Part shown: positions 42,371 through 51,743 of the stretch, piece after piece
Layout: every line of letters begins with the position of its first letter
Position numbering within the stretch: the first letter of the stretch is position 1
Virus record (IMG/VR): IMGVR_UViG_3300033066_000375
DNA: 64,000 nucleotides
From: an uncultured virus (IMG/VR IMGVR_UViG_3300033066_000375)
Lineage: Duplodnaviria > Heunggongvirae > Uroviricota > Caudoviricetes
Reading direction: 5' to 3' (one strand)
Translations under genes and position numbers: made by a program
The notes under the pieces: generated by a model
What the model saw: only the letters and a program-made list of their open reading frames with translations
Database searches by the model: none
Told to the model about the DNA's origin: nothing

Positions 42371-43246
42371 ATGAGCAAGGTTCATCAGATTCTGACTGAC
42401 AAAGTGTTGGAAATGATCAAGAATGGTGTTGCTCCCTGGAAGCGTCCGTGGCGCTCTACTGGTCGCCCGCGTAACATTCGCGGAACCAATTACAATGGTA
42501 TCAATTATTTCATCCTGGCCATGACTGCCGAAATGAATGGCTGGTCGAATGTCTGGATGACGTATAATCAGATCAAAGAGCGTGGTGGCACGATCAAGGA
42601 AGATCAGCGCAAGAATGGCACCTGTGCATATTTCTACAAGATGTTGCAGCGCGAAAATCAGGTGACTGGTGATATTGAAAACAGTCATCCGATGTTCCGT
42701 TTCTTTCTGGTCTACAATCTGTCCCAGGTTGATGGAATCGTGGTCAAAGGTGTCAACGATGGAAGTGATCCAGTCCATGCTGAATTGCCTGCACCGCAGA
42801 GCATCGTGGATGGCTACCAAAACGCTCCTGAAATTCGTTTCGGTAGTGGGAGTGCGTACTATACTCCTGTGACTGATAAGATCAGCATGCCGCTGCTGAG
42901 TGCGTTTGATACGCCAGAACACTACTATGCCACCATGTTCCATGAAATGGCGCATAGCACTGGTCATCTGACTCGTTTGAATCGCAAGGAAGTCATGGAC
43001 CCCATCGTGTTTGGCTCCCACGATTATTCGCTGGAAGAATTGGTTGCAGAGCTTACCAGTGTCTACCTTTGTGATGAATGCGGAATCGCCAATGAGCGAG
43101 TGATGCAGAATTCCGCAGCATATCTGAAAAGCTGGTATGATACTCTCAAGAATGATCCGAACATGTTTGCCACTGCCGCCAGTCGTGCGCAAAAGGCTGC
43201 AACGCACATTCTTGGGAAGGTTGAAGAGACTGTCGAAGAGGATTGA
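42371..43246 (+). CDS. ardC: ArdC-family antirestriction protein (ssDNA-binding plus zincin-like domain)
   Basis: APWKRPW, YNGIN, WMTYNQ, VYNLSQ, AYY.P..D.I.MP, HEMAHSTG and EELVAEL motifs. Confidence 0.9.
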   Translation: MSKVHQILTDKVLEMIKNGVAPWKRPWRSTGRPRNIRGTNYNGINYFILAMTAEMNGWSNVWMTYNQIKERGGTIKEDQRKNGTCAYFYKMLQRENQVTGDIENSHPMFRFFLVYNLSQVDGIVVKGVNDGSDPVHAELPAPQSIVDGYQNAPEIRFGSGSAYYTPVTDKISMPLLSAFDTPEHYYATMFHEMAHSTGHLTRLNRKEVMDPIVFGSHDYSLEELVAELTSVYLCDECGIANERVMQNSAAYLKSWYDTLKNDPNMFATAASRAQKAATHILGKVEETVEED

Positions 43247-43308
43247 TTCAGTAACCATTCAGCATGGATAGTGGATAATACTATCCATGCTGAACACAAC
43301 GGAGAATA

Positions 43309-43674
43309 ATGATGGATCGTCAAACAGCTAAGAACATTGTGGCAAATATCGGAGTCATCCAGGCTTATGCCGAAGGCAAAACTATTGAGTTTTTTTCTTT
43401 TGGTAAATGGAACGAAATATTTCAACCAAATTTTGATTCGCCTGCAACACATTATCGCGTCAAACCCGCGAAGTTCATCGTGTGTCCTGAGTGTGAGGGC
43501 CATGGCACCATCATGAATATCAGCATGGGCGGGCACGCCTACACCTGAACCGATTGAAATTGATTTCTGGCATAAACCAGAAAGTCAAATCTACCAATGT
43601 GATCGAATCAACGGTTCAGATGCGTATATGATTGGGCAAGGTTATCGCAAGGTTAAATTGAGAGAAGTAATCTG
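43309..43674 (+). pseudogene. Phage hypothetical gene disrupted by a 79-nt insertion copied from the 56152 gene
   Basis: Removing 43467-43545 restores ...YRVKPEPIEIDFW...RKVKLREVI*. Confidence 0.7.
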
Positions 43675-44708
43675 ATTCAGCAACCATTCATCTAGTGTGT
43701 AGTATGATAGCTTCACACTAGATCAAACGGAGAATGAAATGTCGGATGAAATGGCACTGGAAGCACTGGCGCGGATGGCGGAAGATGCTGGCGATTTCAT
43801 GGAAGCTGAGCGCCTCCGCGAACCCTCCTACAATCAATCGAAGGAAGTTTGATTATGAATATAATTGGTTTGTTGCGAATTCTATTTACACCTGCGTGTT
43901 GGATTCGTAATTATCCGACATCCAAAAAGTTGACAAAATTTATCAATGATTCTCTGGATGCTGGGCATATTCCAGTGGTAGAATCACGCTACACACACAA
44001 ATTGAATGGAAAAATCATATGGACAGGAAATTACCCATATGCATATGGACTTAGTGAAAAGAGAAATTGTGCGCCAGATAGAATCACAGTTTTTCGATTG
44101 TTTGATGTTATTAATGATAAGGACCAACCATTCAATGAATGATAATAATGAATGTATAATCGAATATCGTGTTGCGGAATGTGTTGCAATTCTCGCTGCG
44201 TTTGCTACAATACTCTTGCTGACCATCTAGGAGCATAACACCCATGCCGCAGATTCTTGATGAAAAGATTGTGAAGATGTTGGATGATGCTTTTGTGATC
44301 GTGTTGAAATACGATCAAGAGTATGACCAAGGGTATCGCGATGGTTTGGAATCATTCGCGTTGGCATTGGGTAACACGATTCCAGAAGGTCTGCTGATTG
44401 ATGCACTACAATCCGCGCTTGATGCCTTTGCAAATAACACATAATAGAGGGTAAATATATGCCGCCATATAATGCCAGAGCTTCGCCGTGAATATCTAAA
44501 TGATTTCATGTTATCATAATAAGTTACCTCCTTGGAAAGTAGGGCCAGCAATGACCCTACTTTTTTATTTTGGCCACCATTCTTCCCGACCACGCATCCA
44601 TTTTAGCACATCGCCCCTGAACGGATACTGAACGTAAGTCATTGATTTCGTTCAGGTTCTATTCATCATGCTACTGTAGAATACATTACATCAACCAAGG
44701 AGAGCGCC

Positions 44709-46102
44709 ATGCAGAACTTTAACATTGAACTCACCTTTGGCAAGGCTCAAGGTTCTTGTGGTGGCACCTATCGTACTAGCACCATCGAAGAGGCATTGGA
44801 ACGCGCCAAGCGCGATGCAGTGTCCTATAAGGGTGAACCGAAGATCAAGGTCCAGGGTCCAGACGGTTATTGGTACACCTTCAAACGTGCCAAACAATTG
44901 TGGTACAAGTTTGAATTTAATGCTTGACTTTCAACATCACCATCTGTAGAATACATTACATCAACCAGGGAGAATCATCATGGAACGTCAAATTCATGGT
45001 TTCAGCGAACAATTCCTGAACGAACTTGCAGATCGGTTCGATCTGAATCTGGATACTGTCATCAATTATGCTCGCATCTGTCGCGAGAATGATGAGCCGG
45101 GTGAATTGGAATCCATTCTGGTCGAAGTCTCGCAAGAATTGCATGATGAAGATTGGTTCGATGAGCCGGATGATGGTCAGCCCAGTGAAATGCAAGAATG
45201 GCATGATTTTGACCCTGACTGTTAAGTTGGGGTTCATGTAAGTAGTGTAGAATACATTACACCAACTAAGGAACAATAAATGAATATTTTCTGCGTGCTT
45301 GAAGATGGTGAAACTTTCAGTGGTGTGAATAATAGCACCATCGCCATTTACCCTGATGATGACACCATGTGCGCAGAAGATTTGGATTTGCTTAATAGTG
45401 GAACCTTGCCAGAAAATCCACAATTCGTCTTGTCATTGGATGTGCTGTTGCAGCAAGCGATAGAACATAAACTACCATGTGTAAGCAATATTCAGCATTT
45501 GTTCAGCTAAGTCTTGTATAATACATTACATCAACCAAGGGGAATATCATGTTGGAAGCTGACAATCTCTGGGAAGCTGAATGGAATCAATGGGTTGCAT
45601 CGTTGGAAGAGCATGAATTGGGAGCAGAAAATGAAATCCAAAGCTGAGATTGCTGAATTCATTCGCGAGCATGGCGCGAATCCTGTATTCTGGTTGGATG
45701 CTTTGGGAACCAGCATCTATCTCACTCAGTGCGAAGCAAAGGAACGAGTACAGCAGCGCGCCCATGACAAGTTGAAAGCGTTTATCGAATTCATTATGGA
45801 GGATGCAAATGAAATTTAAGACTGGTGTAGCAGATGTAGATGGAACACATCTTCAAGGTTACGTCAAGACCACTTACGCACATCTTGTGCATATTCTTGG
45901 CAAGCCGAACTGTACCGATGGTGACAAAACGACTGCTGAATGGGACATTCGTTTTGATGATGGCACTGTCGCCACCATTTACGATTGGAAGACTGATCAA
46001 ACACCCAAGGGGTTGTATGATTGGCATGTTGGTGGAAATGAACCGCGTGCAGTGTTGCTGGTTGGCATGATTCTGAATTCTGCCGTAAGTTACGGTTGGT
46101 AA
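44709..46102 (+). other. Tandem small early ORFs, most with their own promoter/leader (44709-44927, 44980-45225, 45280-45510, 45631-45819, 45809-46102)
   Basis: Repeated leader TGTAGAATACATTACAYCAACYARGG at about 44676, 44946, 45247 and 45515. Confidence 0.7.
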
Positions 46103-46234
46103 GGTAAACGAAACCTGAACATCTATCACGGATGTTCAGGTTTTTCTTGACTTATAATTAATTACATGGTAAAATGGGTGCGTGGTCGGGGAAAACTCCT
46201 TTGCGATAAATAGAAATAAAAGGAGTTTTACAAA

Positions 46235-46795
46235 ATGGCAAATACAAAGATTAGTGCGTTGACTACTGCTGGCGCGCTTACTGGATCAGAAGTTTTACCT
46301 ATAGTACAATCAAGTGAAACCAAGAAAATCACTGTTGATACTTTGGTAGATCATACAATAGATAGCATTTCAAATGCTAGCACAACTGTTATAGGTGTAG
46401 TAGAATTGGCTACTGCTGCTAAAGTTTCTGCTGGCGCATCAGATACAGTTGCTATGACCCCACAGTCGTATAAAGACAGCATACCATATTATGTTGATCG
46501 TACTACAAACTGGACATTAGCATTAACTGATAGGAACAAAGATCAATGGTTCAATAGCGCTGGTCTTGTTTGTTCTATACCAACTAATGCTACCGTTCCA
46601 TTTGAGATAGGTGCTACTATACCATGCTTACGCCTAACATCTGGCAGTGCTACCATTGATGCTGTCGGCGGTGTGACTTTGAATGGTGTTCTTAGTGGTA
46701 CATGTACTATTAGAACTCAATACCAAGGTGCATTACTTAAGAAGGTTGGAACTGATTCGTGGGTTATCAGCGGTGAAGTGAGTGCAGTAGCATGA
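46235..46795 (+). CDS. Tail-fibre-like structural protein
   Basis: MANTKISALT..LTGSEVLPIVQ, GVVELAT repeat, IPTNATVPFEIG..DSWVISG; late-type TAAATA upstream. Confidence 0.65.
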   Translation: MANTKISALTTAGALTGSEVLPIVQSSETKKITVDTLVDHTIDSISNASTTVIGVVELATAAKVSAGASDTVAMTPQSYKDSIPYYVDRTTNWTLALTDRNKDQWFNSAGLVCSIPTNATVPFEIGATIPCLRLTSGSATIDAVGGVTLNGVLSGTCTIRTQYQGALLKKVGTDSWVISGEVSAVA

Positions 46796-47535
46796 TGATA
46801 CCACAATATAGAACCCAGCGTAATAGCCAGGGCATCTTTATGATGGAGGAAAGATTCACATCATCATATGTGACTGCTGGCAATTATCAAAATCATTCAC
46901 TATCATTTACGGCAGCACCTGTTGCTGGTCAGTTGATTATTATGACTGGTCATGTTAGAATTTTGAATAAAGCATGTTCAATGACTCCACCTACAATTAA
47001 TGGTAGTCCATTCTTATTGGCTGCTGTTGGTGGAACATTCGGGTTAGATAGTCCAGGTGCTAGAGGATATTTAACTTACATTTGGTATAGAACTGCCACA
47101 AGCGATGATACAACCAACGCCTACACCGCTGCATTCAATATTGCAGATGGTGTGGCTACCAGTATGATTTCATTGACAAAATTCTCTGGAGGCTCGTATT
47201 GGGGCACTCCTATTGATCCATACACAACACCTAATTCCACATATGCCAATAGCATTGCTAACAGTGTGGCGTTTATACAGGCTGGTGCGACTGGTGTCAA
47301 CGTATCATTAGGTGGATTTGTTATTGCAGCAGCAACTAAGTTTGGCTCTGCATCAACACCTACTTTGACAAATTCATTCAGTTTAACTTCACAAACAATG
47401 AGTTATACTCCAAACGGTATATTTCATGTTGCGCGTAAAGACAACTATGATTCTGCTCAAACTAATCAAAACACTACATTTACATATGGCGCAAATGATT
47501 ATTTTGCTGGCGCTGTAGCAGCATTTAATCCATAA
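46792..47535 (+). CDS. Ser/Thr/Gly-rich beta protein, putative receptor-binding or tail adhesin
   Basis: Composition; translational coupling to the fibre-like gene; bidirectional terminator at 47537-47562. Confidence 0.5.
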   Translation: MMIPQYRTQRNSQGIFMMEERFTSSYVTAGNYQNHSLSFTAAPVAGQLIIMTGHVRILNKACSMTPPTINGSPFLLAAVGGTFGLDSPGARGYLTYIWYRTATSDDTTNAYTAAFNIADGVATSMISLTKFSGGSYWGTPIDPYTTPNSTYANSIANSVAFIQAGATGVNVSLGGFVIAAATKFGSASTPTLTNSFSLTSQTMSYTPNGIFHVARKDNYDSAQTNQNTTFTYGANDYFAGAVAAFNP

Positions 47536-47759
47536 CAAAAAATGCCCCGAAAGGGGCATTTTAATATTGGCGGTTTGTCTGCCAAGCTGCTTCTTCAATC
47601 TTAGCAGCATTTATTGCCTCTTCCTCTGTATACCATTCAGACACGGGACGAATTGGTATATGAAATGCGCTGAATACGCCCCACATTTCCTGGTCATCCA
47701 GGTACGCGACATAATAATTTGTCAACATGAATGTTGCTTCTGACATACATCCTCCAAAT

Positions 47760-48058
47760 AAATCGCCCCACTCGGTTGACTAGAACGAGTGGGGCAGCCC
47801 TGTAGCAAATCTTTAATAGGGACTTTTTGTCAAAGGATCGTCCCAGTCTTTCTACCTTACAGCTACTGTAGGGAAGCTGCAACCTTCCAGCTATGCTGTT
47901 ACATTATGGGAATGCCAAGTCATGATTAAGTATTCCTTAAGGCGTCCGTAGACTATTCAGAAAGCTTTGGGCAACTTGGCCGATACTATCTGGCGATGTC
48001 GTGAATCCCTACACTTTCCACCGTTTCGACCCGGTTGTCATTACCGCTGCCGATGAGT
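47760..48058 (-). ncRNA. Candidate structured ncRNA or leader of about 290 nt
   Basis: TTGCAA-N17-TATAGT promoter at 48061-48089; multiple hairpins; GC-rich hairpin at 47765-47795 before the small ORF 47561-47746. Confidence 0.45.
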
Positions 48059-48794
48059 GAACTATACGCTCGCCTAGCTACCATTGCAACAACTATTTTG
48101 TAACAAGTTTAGTTACATTTCATTCATATTACATTCAGACTATTGTGTTATACTGTTTCAAATTAACTAATGGGCATTACCAATGCACAAGAAAATTATC
48201 ACCAATAAGATTGATCTAGGTTTTCCGAGTGAGAGTATATCACTTGCGCATCTGATTTCACTGGTTGGCAGTCATGTAAATAGTGCGAATATAACATTCG
48301 AATGGTATCGCGATTCTGTAGATATGTTCTTGTGTTTTGATCGTGAAGAAACGGACGAAGAGTTTGAAATTCGATTGGCTAAAGAAAGAATTCAAGATGT
48401 CAAAAAGCGTGAACGATTGATCTCTGAAGCCGAAAAGCTGAAGCGTAAGATTGCGGGGGAACACTCGACGCATTGAACAGATCAATAAGTTGTTGACATC
48501 AAGTTGATGATGTAATATAATACTTACATCAAGACAGGGGGATGGTCATGAAAGTTGAACTCAAGAAAGTGTTCATGACCATCACCGATGCTGCTGGCAA
48601 TGTCAAGATGAAAAAGAAAGTTGCTGCGCATTGTAAATGGGATGCTACACCAATCATTGCAAACAATTTCATCAACAGGCTTGCAAAGGATCGGGTGAAG
48701 GTGTATTATGATTTCAATGAAGGATGCGATCTGTATGCGAACTTCACAGTAGGCAAGCATACGTTGCTGCAACAGAGCTTCAAGATTATTCAAA

Positions 48795-48950
48795 GGTGAC
48801 GATGATCCTGCATGGGGTAGGGACATAGAGTGCTACTATCCATGAATGAAGGTACATATAGACTGTTAGCGCAGATTATAGTATGATTTACGGAAACGGG
48901 TAAGGTGCGCTAACACCTAAGCCTAGCGGGTTCGATTCCTGCCGTCACCA
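48795..48950 (+). ncRNA. tRNA-like RNA with an insertion of about 80 nt
   Basis: GGTGACG/CGTCACC acceptor, T arm GCGGG-TTCGATT-CCTGC, internal perfect 10-bp helix TGTTAGCGCA/TGCGCTAACA. Confidence 0.55.
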
Positions 48951-49523
48951 CTCATCTCTATCTAGGATAAAATCATGGCAAACACAACCAAGTATGTTGT
49001 AGTTGAAGACACGTTCAACGATATGGAATTGGCATTTACGTTTCCAGTATTGATTAACCACGATCACTTTTTCAATGCGCTCAATGCAAGCCATTTCAAC
49101 AACAAATTGAAGGTGGTTGGCGCTGGTTTTTACGATTTTAAGACGAATGAAGCATATGGTGAGTCAATTTCATTGAATGTAAAATCACGGGAACGTGACA
49201 CACTCGTTATTCAGAAAGCATTCATGTTTACATGATCAAGCGCCCTTCGGGGCGCTTTCTTTTTGTCCACTATCTCTCCGACCACGCACCCATTTTAGCA
49301 TAATATAACTGAATACAAGATGAATGGGACTGCTTTCACCAGTCCCATTCATTTACAGATGTTCGCGGTGTGATGTTCCCAACATCTCTCTAGGGCTGTT
49401 CCACTAGAGCAACACTATGTATAAACTCATTATCATTCATATGATTTATAGTATTCATCCAGTCATCGACTGTTACTCTAGTCAGGTCCAAGTCATTTTT
49501 AGTTTCCTTTGTCAGATCGTTAG

Positions 49524-49659
49524 AAGACACTTACTGCTCTGTGATTATCACACTTCCTAATTCCACCACGTAACTTGTTTCGATGTTCTGAGTACAGAGG
49601 TTTTCGTGTCCAAAGGCGTTGATTCGGGTTGAGCCATCCCTATTGCGTTTCAGTGACGC
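49524..49659 (-). ncRNA. Unknown structured RNA, copy B
   Basis: Homologous to 28358-28490; promoter at 49661-49694; terminator-like hairpin at 49323-49349. Confidence 0.6.
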
Positions 49660-50860
49660 TAGATTAACACCGTTTGACTGAATCGTAACTGAACAGACTG
49701 TAACGAAATTTGTTACAACAATCCTCTTGACATTTCATTTATATGATATATAATATTATCCATGGTCAAAGGAGATATGGAAATGCGAAATCTTATTGCT
49801 ATCCTAGCTCTGTGTATCTGTTCAGTGGCAAGTGCCACAGATATAACAATTGTAGATTTTTCAAAGAGTTACGAGCATCACTATCAGAATTGTGATGTGT
49901 ATTTTCACAATCCTGATGGGTACATATATGCCAACTGTGGAAGCTACGCAGCACCGTTTATAACATATCAACAGTCTGATTGGTCATCGCCATTGTATGA
50001 TGAAATAGGTATCAATGGAGTGCTGTGGAACAATTGCAATATGGTAGCTTCAGCTACCATCGAAGTTCGATTTGAATGTAACACTACACGAAGATCGTTC
50101 ACATTCAATGACGATTGGTTGAACCGTTTGATTAAGCCTCCGTTCATGTTCTATGAGGTAGTATATAACCCTTACCCATAAGGAGTAAACATCATGTTGA
50201 CCGAAGTGAATTGTAAGGTGATGGTGAATCCTGACACTGGTGCGCTCTATCTTGTGTTTCGTGATGAAGAACAGGCCGAAGATCATGAACATCTGTTCAG
50301 TAAGCGTTCAGCACCTGTCCCGTATGCTTGTTGTGATGGTTTTATGAATGCTCTGGAGATTCTGTGATGCAAAAGCTGATTGGATTTGCAACTCAATTGT
50401 CAGCAGGTAGAGAAGTAGGAGTTTATCGGTGTCCTGATGATGCCAGCGTTTCTATCAGAACGTCAATTGACGGTAAAAGCACTGCCAGGGTTCGATTGTC
50501 TGATGAGGCGATGTGGGCGATTTTCAACATGTTCATTAGGATCAGAGAAGGTCTAATGGACGATGATAAGCAATATGATGTTCGATATCAATTTCGAGAA
50601 CGCATTGAAGAATAGTCTAAACGGGAATGGTTAGGTCTGTAAACCTAACACAAAGTCTAACCCTGTAAAGGTTAGGTGAGCCGGGTATAAACCGGATTTC
50701 CTCACCATCCCTCCCGACCTCCAACCCATTTTATCATACCATACCTGAATGGATACTGAATGAATTGTAACGTGTAAGTGCTTGATTTTGTTACAAAATA
50801 GTAGTTGACAATGAATGTATTATATGGGATGATATCATCATACCAACTAGGGGAACAGTC

Positions 50861-51721
50861 ATGCGAACTGACATTCATCGTAAGGGTGCCATCATCCCCG
50901 CTGACTATCGCTATGTGATGAGCTATAGCTTGTCCACTACTCAGGACGGCTGGCCGATTCCGTCTTTCAATGTCAATTGTGTGTTGGACACAAATCATGC
51001 CAAGTCAACGCATGATGGCAATTGCTGTTTGATTGGAATGTTCAATGATCCGACCAAGAAATTTGCCAAGCATGGCACCACTGGTAAATGCACCATCTGC
51101 GGCGCATCATACATCTATGGTGACGTTTGGCAGCATATCCCGTCTGGTGAATACATCCATGTTGGTCACGATTGTGCTGACAAGATGGAACATTATATCA
51201 GTCGCAATGGTTTCAACACCAATCGTGAACGATTCGTTAATATGTCGATTCGCAAGATTCGGCTCGAAAAGTTCATTGAACAATTCCCTGATATGGCAGC
51301 AGTCTTTGCCGTTGCTGATAAGAATAGCATCATCGCTGATATGCGGTCCAAAGTGATGGAATGGGGTAGCTTGTCTGATAAGCAGATTGCATTCGCCATG
51401 AAATTGGCTAATGAGATCATCAATCCAGCACCTGTTGAAGACGAACCAGAACCGCTTCTGTTGAAGGATGGTCGTGGCACCTACACTGGTAAGTTTGTAG
51501 CATTCAAGTCCACTGAGAGCGCGTATGGGTGGGTCACCAAGGGTCTGTTTATCGTGTTGCAGGATGACAAGCAAGCGAAAATTTGGACCACCGTTCCCAA
51601 CGGGTATGGCAATGAAAAGAACGTTGAGGCAATGGTAACTGTTACACTTGCCAAGGGCGACAAGCCTGGATTCTACTTTGGCAGTCGCCCAATTCTGCAA
51701 AAAGTGTTTGACACGGTATAA
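50861..51721 (+). CDS. Hypothetical Zn-finger-containing early protein
   Basis: CTICG..HVGHDC and WGSLSDKQIAFA motifs; TTGACA promoter. Confidence 0.7.
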   Translation: MRTDIHRKGAIIPADYRYVMSYSLSTTQDGWPIPSFNVNCVLDTNHAKSTHDGNCCLIGMFNDPTKKFAKHGTTGKCTICGASYIYGDVWQHIPSGEYIHVGHDCADKMEHYISRNGFNTNRERFVNMSIRKIRLEKFIEQFPDMAAVFAVADKNSIIADMRSKVMEWGSLSDKQIAFAMKLANEIINPAPVEDEPEPLLLKDGRGTYTGKFVAFKSTESAYGWVTKGLFIVLQDDKQAKIWTTVPNGYGNEKNVEAMVTVTLAKGDKPGFYFGSRPILQKVFDTV

Positions 51722-51743
51722 AATAATTGGTATGATAGCTTCA

